Shown here: piece by piece, positions 19,026-38,314 of the stretch
Position numbering within the stretch: position 1 is the stretch's first letter
Layout: every line of letters starts with the position of its first letter
NCBI GenBank assembly: GCA_965203435.1
Contig: CBDBCU010000006.1
Coordinates: forward strand, 366,518-430,517
DNA length: 64,000 nucleotides
Reading direction: 5' to 3'
Source of the DNA: Dehalococcoidia bacterium
GTDB taxonomy: Bacteria; Chloroflexota; Dehalococcoidia; Lucifugimonadales; UBA3495
Made by a program: the position numbers and the translations under genes
The notes under the pieces: model-generated
Seen by the model: the letters and a program-made list of their open reading frames with translations, nothing else
What the model was told of the DNA's origin: nothing
Databases searched by the model: none

Positions 19026-21701
19026 CTAGCGGTTGATGATGGTGGTGCCTTCCTGGGAGGTAATGGACTGGCCGAACTCGTCGTACTGCATTGTGGCCGA
19101 GGCTACGACATCGCCCTCCGCATTGGCCCGCACCGTGATGTTAAAGGTTTGCGTGTCCCCGGCGGCCAGGGAAGTGATGGGCGAGTAAGTTACCTGGTTG
19201 CCGCTGACAACGCCGCCGGCCGCCGCCAGGATGTCCAGTTGGGTGGGTACGCTGACCGTTACCCGAACATTGGTGATCGGCGAGTCCGCGCTCTGGTTTT
19301 CCACCGTGATGGTGTAACCGCCCTCCTCGCCTACCGCCAGCGGGTCGCTGGTGTCAATGATGGACAAGTGCGCCCCCGGCGTCGCCAGCACCTGGATGCT
19401 CAGGCTGGCCTCCGCCTCGGTGTTCTGATCGGCGGTTACCCGGGCCTGGTTGCTGACCGTGCCGGCGGTAACGCCGCGCAGGGTTACTGTTACGGCGACC
19501 GATTCGTCGATGGCCAGGTCGCCGATGTTCCAGGTAATGACTCTGCCGTCCCGGGTGCCGTTGTCGCTGTTGCTGACATAAGCCATGCCCTCCGGGAAGG
19601 TGTCGGTGATGGTTACGCCGGTCAGCGGAGCCTCGCCGCTGTTGGTGGCGGTGATGGTGTAAGTCCGCTCGCCGCCGATATACACCGCCGCGCTGCCGGT
19701 CTTGACCAGACTCAGCTCCGGCGTCACCGCCCGGGACAGGGCTTCGACCCGCACGGTCTTATCCCGATCCGTTACCTGGCTGACATTCTTAATCAGCCCC
19801 GGCGTCTGGGTGTCGGCGCTGACGGTAAAGCTGGTCGAGGCCCCGGCCGCCAAGGACGCAATCGTCCACAGCAGGTTGCCGTCCTCGTCCGTGCCGGCCG
19901 CCGGCTGACTGGCGGTGACCGACAAGCCATCGGGAATCAAGTCCACTACGCGCACATTGGTGGCTACGCCGTCGCCGTTGTTGGTAACGGTGATGGTGTA
20001 AGTCAGGGATTCGCCCAGGATTACCGTATCCAGATTGACCGCCTTGGCCACGCTGACATCGGACGCCACTACCCGGGTAACGGCGCTGGCGCTGGCCGTA
20101 GCCCCCTCGTCGGAAGTGGCCGCCACCGTGTTGGTCTGATTGCCGGCCGCGCTGGCCGTGGCGCTGACACTAAAGGTTTGAGAAGCTCCGGCATCCAGCC
20201 GGTCGATGTTCCACCGCACCGGCAGGGCCGTCCCGGAACTGGCCCCCGGGGCCGCCGCCAGCGTTACCCCCTCCGGCAGGGTGTCGGTAACAACCACATT
20301 GGTCAGCGCCCCCTGCCCGTTGTTGGTCAAGGTGATGTTGTAGGTCACCGAGCCGTCCAGGTTCACCTGGGACGGAGCCGTCTTGGTCAAAGACAGGGAG
20401 CCGGGGATGACGGCAGTGGTGGACTGGCCCGCCCCGGTAAAGCCCTCTTGGGAAATGGCCGTAGCCCGGTTGACCTGATCGCCGACTACCGTCGCCGACA
20501 GGGTCATCGTAATCCGCACCGAATCCCCCGGTTCCAGGTCGCCCAGGTTCCAGGTGGCCGTGGTCGCGGTGGCGCTGGAGGGCGCCGGATCCGAACTGAC
20601 CAGACTCAAGCCGGTCGGCAGGTTGTCGGTCAAGGTAACGCCGGAGGCTACGCTGTTGCCGGAGTTGGTAACGGTGACCGTGTAATCGGCCTGTTTCAGC
20701 AGGCCCAGGTTGCTCGGCCCCTGCTTGTTGACTTCCAGGGACGGAGCCCGCCACTCCTTGGTTAAGGTGTGGCTGAACATCGTATCGCCGGAATCGTGAA
20801 CTACCGCGATTTGCACCTGATTGTCCCCGGTGGCCGGCGTGGCCTGCCGCAGCACTACCGCCGCCACGCCGTTAGCGTCGGTGCGGACACTGACGCTGTT
20901 GCCGGTACCATTCAGGCCGCCATCCGGGTTATCCTCCGTGATGGCAAAGACCACCTCCACATCCGGCAACGGCGCGCCATCGGTAACCCGGAAAATCCGC
21001 ACCTGCATGGGATGATCGGTACCCACCAGGTTCACCGCATCCCCGGGAAACTCCACCTGCATATCGACCCAATGCTTGACCGCAAAAACCTTGTGGTCGT
21101 CGGCATCGGCAATCTGCGGCACATAGGCGGTGACATCGGTGTCCCCGGCCCGGGTCGCCGTAATGGTCAGGGTAGCCTGCCCATCGGCGTTGGTCATCAC
21201 CCGGCCAAAGGTATTGTCCACCTTGCGGGGATTGTTGCCGTCCAGGGATACGATGTCGCCTACCGCTTCCCCGAACCGATTGAGGATGATTTCCACTTCG
21301 GCCCCGTCGGCCGGGGCGCCGGTTTCATCCCGCACGGTGATGGTGAAAGAGTGCTGGGTGCGGATGGGATTCCAGTCCTCGCCGGGGGTAATGCCCACTT
21401 GCGTTGGCGTCCCGGCCTCAGTTTGCGGCTGGAAAGTGGCTACGCCCTGAACCCGGGGCGCCGGGTCGAGCACGAGGGCGGGCGCTATGACCGTGGTACT
21501 CGGCGGCGGGATAACGTCCGGCCCCGGCCCGGCCGCTTCGTATTCGGCGGACGGGTTGGTAAGCAGGGATTTAACTACCCCCGGTTCGCCGCCGGGGCCA
21601 TCCCCGCCGACCCAGCCCAACGCAGCCGCCAAGCCGGCCACGGCCAGCAGGGCGGCGATACCCAAAATCCAGGAAATGGTCTTTCCGGCAAAGAGCCGCA
21701 T
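19026..21701 (-). CDS. Large surface protein with Ig-like (Big_1-like) domains and 5 DUF11 repeats
   Basis: N-terminal TM/signal; TNADGQATLT and TDANGVAAVVL; repeated K..P.....YT(I/V)TVTN.G......V.(V/L)TD.LP.G. Confidence 0.85.
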   Translation of the reverse strand: MRLFAGKTISWILGIAALLAVAGLAAALGWVGGDGPGGEPGVVKSLLTNPSAEYEAAGPGPDVIPPPSTTVIAPALVLDPAPRVQGVATFQPQTEAGTPTQVGITPGEDWNPIRTQHSFTITVRDETGAPADGAEVEIILNRFGEAVGDIVSLDGNNPRKVDNTFGRVMTNADGQATLTITATRAGDTDVTAYVPQIADADDHKVFAVKHWVDMQVEFPGDAVNLVGTDHPMQVRIFRVTDGAPLPDVEVVFAITEDNPDGGLNGTGNSVSVRTDANGVAAVVLRQATPATGDNQVQIAVVHDSGDTMFSHTLTKEWRAPSLEVNKQGPSNLGLLKQADYTVTVTNSGNSVASGVTLTDNLPTGLSLVSSDPAPSSATATTATWNLGDLEPGDSVRITMTLSATVVGDQVNRATAISQEGFTGAGQSTTAVIPGSLSLTKTAPSQVNLDGSVTYNITLTNNGQGALTNVVVTDTLPEGVTLAAAPGASSGTALPVRWNIDRLDAGASQTFSVSATASAAGNQTNTVAATSDEGATASASAVTRVVASDVSVAKAVNLDTVILGESLTYTITVTNNGDGVATNVRVVDLIPDGLSVTASQPAAGTDEDGNLLWTIASLAAGASTSFTVSADTQTPGLIKNVSQVTDRDKTVRVEALSRAVTPELSLVKTGSAAVYIGGERTYTITATNSGEAPLTGVTITDTFPEGMAYVSNSDNGTRDGRVITWNIGDLAIDESVAVTVTLRGVTAGTVSNQARVTADQNTEAEASLSIQVLATPGAHLSIIDTSDPLAVGEEGGYTITVENQSADSPITNVRVTVSVPTQLDILAAAGGVVSGNQVTYSPITSLAAGDTQTFNITVRANAEGDVVASATMQYDEFGQSITSQEGTTIINR

Positions 21702-21896
21702 AGTTCAGTTCTCCCTTGGCAAGGATAAGGCGGCGGCCGCTTGAAAAACTTGCCGCAACGGGCCAAGGCCGCCAGACTACCGGATAGTTGTAAAATCAAC
21801 TTGCCCATTGTTTCATCAGTTTTATGGAAAGTCAAGTAAAGCGGCCGCTTGGATTTAGGGCAATCGCTATAGAAACCGTCCTTCCGTTATAGAAAC

Positions 21897-21922
21897 CGTC
21901 CTTCCCGCGTAAGCGGGAATCC
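21897..21922. repeat. Family B REP copy
   Basis: CGTCCTTCCCGCGTAAGCGGGAATCC. Confidence 0.75.
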
Positions 21923-22018
21923 CGAAAGGCAACGGATGAAATGCCTTGCAACAGAACGGAGCCGGGAAATAGGCCGCAATCCGTGGTAAAAATTCCCCGA
22001 AAATTGCCTTTTCGGGTA

Positions 22019-22046
22019 TTGACAAGCCGTGTTATGCCTTTATAAT
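22019..22046 (+). promoter_or_regulatory. sigma70 promoter of rpoBC
   Basis: TTGACA-N16-TATAAT. Confidence 0.7.
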
Positions 22047-22187
22047 AGTAAGTTACTGAAATTATGCCGCAAGCATATTTTTGCCTTTCCCGAAACCTTT
22101 TCCAACCCAGGCCCCCTTTTGCCCAAAATTAAGGCGGTCCTTCCCGCCCCGGCGTCGCAACCGGCATCCGCATAAGGAGATTGGAGC

Positions 22188-30916
<8,729 letters not shown>

Positions 30917-31041
30917 CGGCCTTTGAGAGGGTGCTGGTGTTAGCAATAGCGCCGGCGCCCAATTTTCCTTGACTTGACAATAACATTTGCGGCTGAGGCA
31001 ATTGCCCCTTATAATGCCTGAAATGGTAAAGGGGCGTTTCT

Positions 31042-32022
31042 ATGTTAGCGACAGAAACGGTAACCACCCGCCTTGCGGTGGACTTGGCCCCGGAACATCC
31101 CCGCGGTTTGGAATTGTCCAACCCGGTAATGATTGCCTCCGGTACCCTGGGCTATGACGGCTACGGGCGGGGGCTGACCCCGGAAATGGACTTGCGCCGC
31201 TTGGGGGCGGTCATTCCCAAGACCGTTACCCGCTGGCCTAGGGCCGGCAACCCGGAACCCCGCTGGTATCCTGAATCCTTTCGGGTAGCCCGGGAGCAGG
31301 GCGAGCCGGTTATGCTCAATGCTATCGGCCTGACTAACCCCGGCATTGAGGCCGCCCTCTCCGATTTGGCCCCCCAATGGGCGCAATGGGACGCCACCGT
31401 CCTGCTCAGTATGTCCGCCGACAGCGCCGAGCAGTTCGGGGAAATGGCAAAAATGACCCGGGGCGTGGCCGGCTTTGCCGCCATTGAGTTGAATCTCAGC
31501 TGCCCCAATGTGGAAGCCGGGGAACTGTTTAGCCACAGCGCCGATGGCACGGCCCGGGCCGTGGCGGCCGTCAAAAAGTATGCCGAAGTTCCGGTACTGG
31601 TCAAACTGGCCCCCAATGTGCCGGATATTGCCCCCATTGCCCAGGCCGCGGCCGTCGCCGGCGCGGATGCCCTGACTATCTGCAACACCATCCCGGCGAT
31701 GACCATTGCCGTGGACACCGGCCGGCCGGTCTTGGGCAACATAACCGGCGGCTTGTCCGGGCCGGGCCTGCATCCCATCGCCGTGGCTCTGGTCTATCGC
31801 GCCGCCCAGGTAGTAGAGCTGCCGATCATCGGCGTCGGCGGCATTTTCACCGCTCAAGACGCTCTGGAGTTCATCTTGGCCGGGGCTACGGCGGTGCAAA
31901 TCGGCAGCGCCAACCTGGCCGACCTGCGCGCGCCTTGGCGGATTTTGGATGAACTGACGGCCTGGCTGGGCGAGCGGGGCGTAGCGGACATAAAGGATTT
32001 GGTGGGGAAAGTGCGGGTGTAG
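31042..32022 (+). CDS. pyrD: Dihydroorotate dehydrogenase, class 1 catalytic subunit
   Basis: NPVMIASGT, NAIGLTNPG, ELNLSCPNV, VKLAPNV, GGLSGP, IIGVGGI. Confidence 0.93.
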   Translation: MLATETVTTRLAVDLAPEHPRGLELSNPVMIASGTLGYDGYGRGLTPEMDLRRLGAVIPKTVTRWPRAGNPEPRWYPESFRVAREQGEPVMLNAIGLTNPGIEAALSDLAPQWAQWDATVLLSMSADSAEQFGEMAKMTRGVAGFAAIELNLSCPNVEAGELFSHSADGTARAVAAVKKYAEVPVLVKLAPNVPDIAPIAQAAAVAGADALTICNTIPAMTIAVDTGRPVLGNITGGLSGPGLHPIAVALVYRAAQVVELPIIGVGGIFTAQDALEFILAGATAVQIGSANLADLRAPWRILDELTAWLGERGVADIKDLVGKVRV

Positions 32023-32092
32023 GTCAAGGCGGCCCCGCAACAGATTCCGGGTGACCCTTTAACAAGTTCCGGGTAAGCGGTGGCACTGAAAA

Positions 32093-32127
32093 CCGGGGCG
32101 GGACCTAAACCCGCCCCGGCTTTTTAT
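32093..32127. terminator. Probably bidirectional intrinsic terminator between pyrD and clp
   Basis: CCGGGGCGGG-ACCTAAA-CCCGCCCCGG followed by CTTTTTATT and preceded by AAAA. Confidence 0.8.
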
Positions 32128-32142
32128 TGGCGGTTGCCCGGT

Positions 32143-34587
32143 CTAGGCGGCGATTTCGGCGGCCGCCGCCTTGCTGATGTGCAGACCCTCCGGCCCGGCA
32201 TCCACCCGCAGATGGTCGTCCGTTTGGAAATCCCCGGCCAGGATACCCTTGGACAAGGGATTTTCCAGATGCCGCTGAATGGCCCGGCGCAGCGGGCGCG
32301 CCCCATACACCGGGTCAAAACCCTCCTGGGCCAGCCAGTCGGCGGCGGCGTCCGTCAGCTCAAAGCTGATGGTGCGTTCCTCCAGCCGCTGCGCCACATC
32401 CTGCGCCATCAACCGCACCACCTGCACAATCTGCGCCCGGGTCAAGGGGCGGAAAATGATGGTTTCGTCAATGCGATTCAAAAACTCCGGGCGGAAAGCC
32501 TGTTTCAGGGCGGCGTTGACCGCCTGATCCAGCCGGTCATCGGCAACCTCCGGCCGGCCATCGGTATGGAAACCGACGCCGGGACGATTCAGGTTGCCGG
32601 TGCCCAGGTTGCTGGTCATTATGATGACCGTATTGCGAAAGTCCACGGTGCGGCCGTGGCCGTCGGTCAGCCGCCCATCCTCCAAAATTTGGAGCAGGAG
32701 GTTGAACACATCCGGATGGGCTTTCTCAATTTCATCGAACAGGATGACCCGGTAGGGCCGCCGCCGCACCGCCTCGGTCAACTGCCCGCCCTCATCGTAG
32801 CCCACATAACCCGGCGGCGCGCCAATCAGCCGGGCCACGGTGTGCTTCTCCAGATACTCCGACATATCCAGCCGCACCATATTGCTCTCATCGTCAAAGA
32901 GAAACTCGGTCAGGGCTTTGGACAATTCCGTCTTGCCCACGCCGGTCGGCCCCAGAAAGATAAAGCTGCTGATGGGCCGGCGGGGATTGCTGAGGCCGGA
33001 ACGGGCGCGGCGGATGGCTTCGGAAACCGCCGTTACCGCCGCTTCCTGCCCAATCAGCCGCTGATGCAAAGTTTCCTCCATATTGACCAGCCGCTCGGCC
33101 TCCCGCTCCAGCAGGCGGCCGGTGGGGATACCCGTCCAGCTGGAAACCAGCTCGGCAATATCCCGCTCCTCGACCACCAGGTCGATTTTGCGATCCTGCC
33201 GCAGCTCGGCCCGTTCCGCTTCATACTCGGCTTCCAGCCGCAGCCGTTCCGTTTTCAGCTGCGCCGCTTCGGCGTATTCGGAACACTGGGCGGCGGCCTC
33301 CTCCTGGTCGGCCAGTTGGCGGATGCGGTTTTCCAGTTCCTGCAAGTTGTCCGGCAGCCCTTCGGCGTCAATCCGCAACTTGCTGGCCGCTTCATCGATG
33401 AAGTCAATGGCCTTGTCCGGCAGCTGCCGGGAAGTGATGTAGCGGTCGCTGAGGCGGGTCGCCGCCTGCAAAGCCGAATCGTCAATCTTGACCTTGTGAT
33501 GGGCTTCGTAGCGCGGCCGCAGGGCTTCCAGAATCCGCACCGTATCCTCCGGGCTGGGCTCCTCCAGATAGATGGGCTGGAAACGCCGTTCCAGGGCGGC
33601 GTCTTTCTCGATGTGACGGCGGTACTCGTCGGCGGTGGTAGCCCCGATGCACTGGAGTTCGCCCCGGGCCAGGGCCGGTTTCAGCAGATTGCTGGCGTCC
33701 ATCCCGCCCTCGCCGGCCCCGGCCCCCACCATAGTGTGCATTTCATCCAGAAACAGGATGACCTCGCCGTGGGCCTGCTTCACTTCATCCATAACCGCCT
33801 TGAGCCGTTCCTCAAACTCGCCGCGGAATTTGGAACCGGCCACCAGCGCGCCCATATCCAGAGCCAGCACCCGCCGCCCCTTCAGGGAATCGGGCACATC
33901 CCCGGCCGACACCCGGGCCGCCAGCCCCTCGGCGATGGCCGTCTTGCCCACGCCGGCCTCGCCGATGATGACCGGATTGTTCTTTTTGCGGCGGGTCAGG
34001 GTCTGCATCACCCGCCGAATTTCTCCGTCCCGCCCGATAACCGGATCCAGCATCCCATCGGCGGCCAAGCGGGTCAGGTCAATGCTGTATTTTTCCAGAG
34101 AGCGGTAACGGCTTTCCGCTTCCCGATCAGTAACCCGGTGGCCGCCGCGCACCCGTTCCAGGGCTTGATACACCCGTTCCGGGTCAATGCCGAACTCCCG
34201 GTTGACCTGCGCCGTATCGCCATTCGGTTCTTTGACCGCGGCGATAAAGAGATGCTCGACGCTGATGTATTCGTCGTTGAGATGCTGGGCTTCCTCCCGG
34301 GCCGCTTCCAGCAGCTGCTGGGCCCGGGGGGTAATGTAAATCTGCTCCGTGGCCGTAACCAGCTTGGGCGCCGCTTCCAGCAGCCGATCCAGGCGGGACT
34401 TGACCGCTTCCGACGAAACGCTCAGCTGCGCCAGGATGCGGGCCGGAATGTCCTGATTGTCGCCCAGCAGGGCCAGGTAGATATGCTCCACATCCCACTG
34501 GCTGTTGCGGTAGCGGCGCACCAAGTCCTGAGAGTTCTGGATGGCCTGCTGCGCCCGCTGGGTAAAATCCTCGGCTTTCAATGGCAT
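32143..34587 (-). CDS. clpC: Class 1 Clp/Hsp100 ATPase (ClpC-like: short middle domain, VGF loop)
   Basis: [48 protein letters not shown]; 814 aa. Confidence 0.85.
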   Translation of the reverse strand: MPLKAEDFTQRAQQAIQNSQDLVRRYRNSQWDVEHIYLALLGDNQDIPARILAQLSVSSEAVKSRLDRLLEAAPKLVTATEQIYITPRAQQLLEAAREEAQHLNDEYISVEHLFIAAVKEPNGDTAQVNREFGIDPERVYQALERVRGGHRVTDREAESRYRSLEKYSIDLTRLAADGMLDPVIGRDGEIRRVMQTLTRRKKNNPVIIGEAGVGKTAIAEGLAARVSAGDVPDSLKGRRVLALDMGALVAGSKFRGEFEERLKAVMDEVKQAHGEVILFLDEMHTMVGAGAGEGGMDASNLLKPALARGELQCIGATTADEYRRHIEKDAALERRFQPIYLEEPSPEDTVRILEALRPRYEAHHKVKIDDSALQAATRLSDRYITSRQLPDKAIDFIDEAASKLRIDAEGLPDNLQELENRIRQLADQEEAAAQCSEYAEAAQLKTERLRLEAEYEAERAELRQDRKIDLVVEERDIAELVSSWTGIPTGRLLEREAERLVNMEETLHQRLIGQEAAVTAVSEAIRRARSGLSNPRRPISSFIFLGPTGVGKTELSKALTEFLFDDESNMVRLDMSEYLEKHTVARLIGAPPGYVGYDEGGQLTEAVRRRPYRVILFDEIEKAHPDVFNLLLQILEDGRLTDGHGRTVDFRNTVIIMTSNLGTGNLNRPGVGFHTDGRPEVADDRLDQAVNAALKQAFRPEFLNRIDETIIFRPLTRAQIVQVVRLMAQDVAQRLEERTISFELTDAAADWLAQEGFDPVYGARPLRRAIQRHLENPLSKGILAGDFQTDDHLRVDAGPEGLHISKAAAAEIAA

Positions 34588-34672
34588 TGTCTTGCCTCCT
34601 GATTGACGGCGTCGCGGCGGCCGTTAAGCCGGGCCGCCGCCGCCGGCGATTCCACTAGGGAAAAAGGCCGGA

Positions 34673-35014
34673 CTACCGGCCGGGTTCGGAACGGTGGAGG
34701 GCGGCCTGGGCGGCGGCCAACTGCCGCCGCAATTCCCGCCCTTCCCGTTCCAGTTCATCGATGCGCTGCATCAGCTTCAAGGCTACCTCGGCCCCGGCCA
34801 GGTTGACCCCCATATCCTCGGTAAAGGTCTTGATGCGGCGCAGCCGCTCAATGTCGGCTTGGGAATAGAGCCGCTGCCGCCCCAGGGTGCGGGAGGGGCG
34901 GATGATGCCCACCCGCTCGTAGTAGCGCAGGGTCTGGGCGTGCAGCCCCACCATCCGGGCGGCGATGCTGATGACGAAACAGGGTTCATCCTGATGCTCG
35001 CGCTGATAAGCCAT
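34673..35014 (-). CDS. hspR: Heat-shock repressor HspR (MerR family)
   Basis: FVISIAARMVGLHAQTLRYYER, RLYSQADIERL, GVNLAG; lies between dnaJ and clp. Confidence 0.9.
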   Translation of the reverse strand: MAYQREHQDEPCFVISIAARMVGLHAQTLRYYERVGIIRPSRTLGRQRLYSQADIERLRRIKTFTEDMGVNLAGAEVALKLMQRIDELEREGRELRRQLAAAQAALHRSEPGR

Positions 35015-35016
35015 AA

Positions 35017-35928
35017 TCACTCGCTCCGGGACTGCCGCAATTCCTTGAGCTGACGGAACAGGGCCGTCTCCTCCGGGGTCAAATTAGTAGGCAGCACCGC
35101 CTTGACCGTGGCGTAGAGACTGCCCTTGCTTTCCGGCTGATTCAGTTCAGGCATACCCTGGCCGGCCAGGCGAAACCGCCGCCCATTCTGCGTGCCGGGC
35201 GGGATGGTCAAAGCCACCTTGCTCCGCAGCGTCGGCACGGTAACCTCGGCCCCCAACGCCAGATCGGTCAAGGGAACGGCAATCTCCGCATAGAGGTCTT
35301 TGCCCTGCCGCTCAAACCGGGGATGGGCCATCACCGTTACATTCAGGTAAAAGTCCCGGCCGCCGCCGCTACCCCCGGCCGGGATATGCACCCGGGAGCC
35401 GTTAGCCACCCCCGGCGGAATTTTCACTTCCAGCCGCCGCTCGTCGGGCAGGGTTATCAGGCGGGTTGCGCCCTCGGCGGCTTCGGCCAGGGTAACTTCT
35501 ACCGGATACTCGGCCGGCGGCCGGGAGCGGCCGCGCCCTTCCGCCCCAAACCCACCTCCGGCCCAATGGAACCGGTCGGTATTGAGCAAATCCCCCAGGT
35601 CAAATTCAAAACCGCCGGTCGCCGGGTTGTAGTCCCCGGCGGTGTAAAAGGAAAAGCCGCCGCCCCGACTGCGGGCCTGAGCTTCCGCTTCCTCGATGCG
35701 GTCGGCCTGCATCCAGCGGTCGCCGTACTTGTCGTACTTGCGCCGCTTTTCCCCGTCCGACAGCACTTCATGGGCCGCGTTGATTTCCTTGAACTTTTCC
35801 TCGGCTTGGGTATCCCCCGGGTTCACATCCGGATGATACTGGCGGGCCAACCGGCGGTAAGCCTGCCGAATCTCCTTATCCCCGGCATCCCGGGCCACCC
35901 CCAGCAGGTCATAGTAGTTCGTCGCCAT
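35017..35928 (-). CDS. cbpA: DnaJ-class chaperone lacking Zn finger (CbpA-like)
   Basis: J domain NYYDLLGV...YHPDVNPG; C-terminal IPPGTQNG; no CxxCxGxG. Confidence 0.88.
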   Translation of the reverse strand: MATNYYDLLGVARDAGDKEIRQAYRRLARQYHPDVNPGDTQAEEKFKEINAAHEVLSDGEKRRKYDKYGDRWMQADRIEEAEAQARSRGGGFSFYTAGDYNPATGGFEFDLGDLLNTDRFHWAGGGFGAEGRGRSRPPAEYPVEVTLAEAAEGATRLITLPDERRLEVKIPPGVANGSRVHIPAGGSGGGRDFYLNVTVMAHPRFERQGKDLYAEIAVPLTDLALGAEVTVPTLRSKVALTIPPGTQNGRRFRLAGQGMPELNQPESKGSLYATVKAVLPTNLTPEETALFRQLKELRQSRSE

Positions 35929-35963
35929 AGCGATACCCCGGTTTCAATTTAACTTATGTTGCT

Positions 35964-35992
35964 ATTGTAAGTTGTTTTGTTGCAAAAGTCAA
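35964..35992 (-). promoter_or_regulatory. sigma70 promoter of dnaJ-hspR-clp
   Basis: Minus strand TTGACT-N17-TACAAT. Confidence 0.75.
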
Positions 35993-36019
35993 TAAAATTA
36001 TTGATTTCAAATAAAATCC

Positions 36020-36048
36020 TTGACAAATCCAACTCAACTATATACAAT
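36020..36048 (+). promoter_or_regulatory. sigma70 promoter of hsp20
   Basis: TTGACA-N17-TACAAT. Confidence 0.8.
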
Positions 36049-36060
36049 AGCCTTAACTAG

Positions 36061-36081
36061 ATTGATACAAGGCGTATCAAG
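36061..36081. promoter_or_regulatory. HAIR-like HspR operator
   Basis: ATTGATA-N7-TATCAAG; same TTGA-N11-TCAA geometry as HAIR CTTGAGT-N7-ACTCAAG. Confidence 0.6.
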
Positions 36082-36122
36082 ATAGTTAGACCAACCAAGC
36101 AAACCGCAAGGAGGTACCAATT

Positions 36123-36605
36123 ATGGCAATGCGACCTTTGGAACCCTTTAACGAACTGCTCCGGATGCAGGACACCCTCGACCACTTCCGGCGGAGTTTC
36201 AACCCGGCTCCCGCCGGCGTCCCGGCGCCGGAAAGCTGGGCCATTCCCCTGGATGTGGTGCAGGGGGAGGACGCGATTATCGTCCACGCTTCCCTGCCCG
36301 GGGTGAACCCGGAGGCCATCAGCGTCGCCATCGACAACGATGTGCTGACCATCCGGGGACAGACCGCCGAGGAACGGGAACGGCGGGAGAGCAGCTTCCT
36401 GATGCGGGAACGGCGCGCCGGCCGTTTCCACCGCGCCCTGCGCCTGCCCGACACCTTGGACACGGAAAAGGCCCAGCCGCGCTACGACAACGGGGTGCTG
36501 ACCATTGCCTTTCCCAAGTTGCCCGCCCGCCAGGCCCGCCAACTGAAAGTCCAGGTAGGCAGCCCGGCGGAATCCCCGGCCACCACTGCGGACGAACCGG
36601 CCTAG
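36123..36605 (+). CDS. Hsp20/alpha-crystallin small heat-shock protein
   Basis: [38 protein letters not shown]. Confidence 0.95.
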   Translation: MAMRPLEPFNELLRMQDTLDHFRRSFNPAPAGVPAPESWAIPLDVVQGEDAIIVHASLPGVNPEAISVAIDNDVLTIRGQTAEERERRESSFLMRERRAGRFHRALRLPDTLDTEKAQPRYDNGVLTIAFPKLPARQARQLKVQVGSPAESPATTADEPA

Positions 36606-36790
36606 AACGGCCGCGCCAACCGGCGGCAACAAAACGGGGGCGGGTTCAGCAACCCGCCCCCAAGTTTTTCCGCCTTATTCCCTTTGCCCCCGGTTCTTTC
36701 CGCGCACCCGGAAATCGTTGCCGGATTATCCGTAACCCGTTGCCGGACAAATACGCCCCGAGCAAAAAGAAATTTCCGCCGCAAAACCCC

Positions 36791-36819
36791 TTGCCAAGCC
36801 CGAAATGAAGTGATATACT
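36791..36819 (+). promoter_or_regulatory. Promoter of tRNA-Asn
   Basis: TTGCCA-N17-TATACT. Confidence 0.7.
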
Positions 36820-36858
36820 AACCTTGTTGTCGACCACAAAGGCGCGGCAACGCAGTGT

Positions 36859-36933
36859 TCCTCAGTAGCTCAGCGGTAGAGCGGGCGGCTGTTAACCGCT
36901 AGGTCGCAGGTTCGAATCCTGCCTGAGGAGCCA
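36859..36933 (+). tRNA. tRNA-Asn (GTT)
   Basis: TCCTCAG acceptor stem pairs with CTGAGGA; D arm AGCTCAGCGGTAGAGC; anticodon loop CTGTTAA; T loop GTTCGAATC; encoded CCA. Confidence 0.97.
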
Positions 36934-37004
36934 CTTCCCCTCCCGTTTCCCCCTTGCCCCCATCGGCTTTCGCCAAGTGTTGCGCCCAGTCAAAAACCTG
37001 CACT

Positions 37005-37135
37005 TCCCCTTGCTCCCGGTTCAGGTTAGAGACGACTCCGTCGCTTTTCTCAAAAGTAATGCGCTAGGTGCCGGATGCCGGAATGCTCCACCCTTTGCCC
37101 CGGTTGCCGGCCAAGTGCTGAACGCACCGACCATG
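37005..37135 (-). pseudogene. Decayed higB toxin fragment
   Basis: Reads GRCVQHLAGNRGKGWSIPASGT*RITFEKSDGVVSNLNREQ, aligning to the intact HigB GWRVHRLYRNRGDEWSVSVSGNWRITFREENGSIYNLNLED; Trp codon replaced by TAG at 37066-37064. Confidence 0.75.
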
Positions 37136-37155
37136 GAGAATCGTCCGTTGCCTGA

Positions 37156-37500
37156 TTACCGTTTCAGCTCGGCCGGCTGGTCGGCTTGGGCCGGCCAAGC
37201 CGGGGGATAAGGCTGCACTTCCACTTCATCCCACCGGGCGCGCATCTGCACCGCGTCATACCACCCTTGGAGCCGCAGGAGCAGCTCCATTTTCAGGTCA
37301 AAGGCTTTCTCGATACGCAGGGCCGTCTCCGGCGTCAGGCCGGTTTTGCCATTCACCAAGTCGGCAAGGGCCGCCTCGGGCAAGCCCAGGATTTCCGCGG
37401 CCGCGCCGATGCTTAACCCGAACTCCTCCAGGGCTTCCCGCCGGAGGAATTCACCGGGATGGCAAGGCGTCAGTTTTACCTTGATACCGCTATCGGACAT
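37156..37500 (-). CDS. higA: HigA-family antitoxin
   Basis: PCHPGEFLR, HTH, LTPETALRIEKAF, LLRLQGWYD; start overlaps higB stop. Confidence 0.92.
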   Translation of the reverse strand: MSDSGIKVKLTPCHPGEFLRREALEEFGLSIGAAAEILGLPEAALADLVNGKTGLTPETALRIEKAFDLKMELLLRLQGWYDAVQMRARWDEVEVQPYPPAWPAQADQPAELKR

Positions 37501-37790
37501 CAGTGGTAATCCTCCAAATTCAGGTTGTAGATGGAGCCGTTCTCCTCTCGAAAAGTAATCCGCCAGTTGCCGGATACCGAAACGCTCCATTCGTCGCCCC
37601 GGTTGCGGTAAAGACGATGTACCCGCCAACCGCCCGAGGACCTGGCGATGAAATGGGAAATATCCTCAGCGTCCAGCAAAGCCAGTACCACGTCCTCTAC
37701 ACGCCCGGCTAGATCGCGGCGGAGAAAACGCGAGCTATGGTCCTCAATCAGCTGACGTAATCCCCGGTGGCGGACGGACTCGATAATCAT
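37500..37790 (-). CDS. higB: HigB/RelE-family toxin
   Basis: IESVRHRGLR, WSVSVSGNWRITF, LNLEDYH. Confidence 0.92.
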   Translation of the reverse strand: MIIESVRHRGLRQLIEDHSSRFLRRDLAGRVEDVVLALLDAEDISHFIARSSGGWRVHRLYRNRGDEWSVSVSGNWRITFREENGSIYNLNLEDYH

Positions 37791-37899
37791 CCCATCATTC
37801 TATAGGGTATCCCCGGCTAGGGCAATATGAAACCGCCCCTTTTAATTCCCCCTTTGGCCTGCTATCCTGTCCGTCAGCTAACGATCCCCGGAGGCTTGG

Positions 37900-38292
37900 A
37901 TGCGGGCTTTGAGCATCCGCCAGCCTTGGGCTTGGCTGGTGGTCAGCGGCTACAAGGATATTGAAAACCGCACCTGGCCCACCCGGTTTCGCGGCCGGGT
38001 GTACGTCCACGCCGGCCAGTTGGCAATGCCGCCGGGTTCCTTTCCGGCCCAAGAGGATTATATCCGGCAGGCCGGACTTGGGATACCCGAGGATTTGCCC
38101 CGGGGCGCTATCGTGGGCGAGGTTTCCATTGTCGACTGCGTAGTCTCTGCCGCCAGCCCCTGGTTTTGCGGTCCCTATGGATGGGTAGTAGCCGATCCCC
38201 TGCGCTACGCAATCCCTATTCCCTGCCGCGGCCGATTGGGCTTTTTCCGGGTAGATGAAAAGGCGATCAGCGGTTATAATGGCAATCCCTGA
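37900..38292 (+). CDS. ASCH-domain protein
   Basis: ALSIRQPWAWLVVSGYKDIENRTW, RGRVYVHAG, GAIVGEV, CRGRLGFF. Confidence 0.92.
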   Translation: MRALSIRQPWAWLVVSGYKDIENRTWPTRFRGRVYVHAGQLAMPPGSFPAQEDYIRQAGLGIPEDLPRGAIVGEVSIVDCVVSAASPWFCGPYGWVVADPLRYAIPIPCRGRLGFFRVDEKAISGYNGNP

Positions 38293-38314
38293 TTAGCGCT
38301 GAAAGGAGGCGGCT

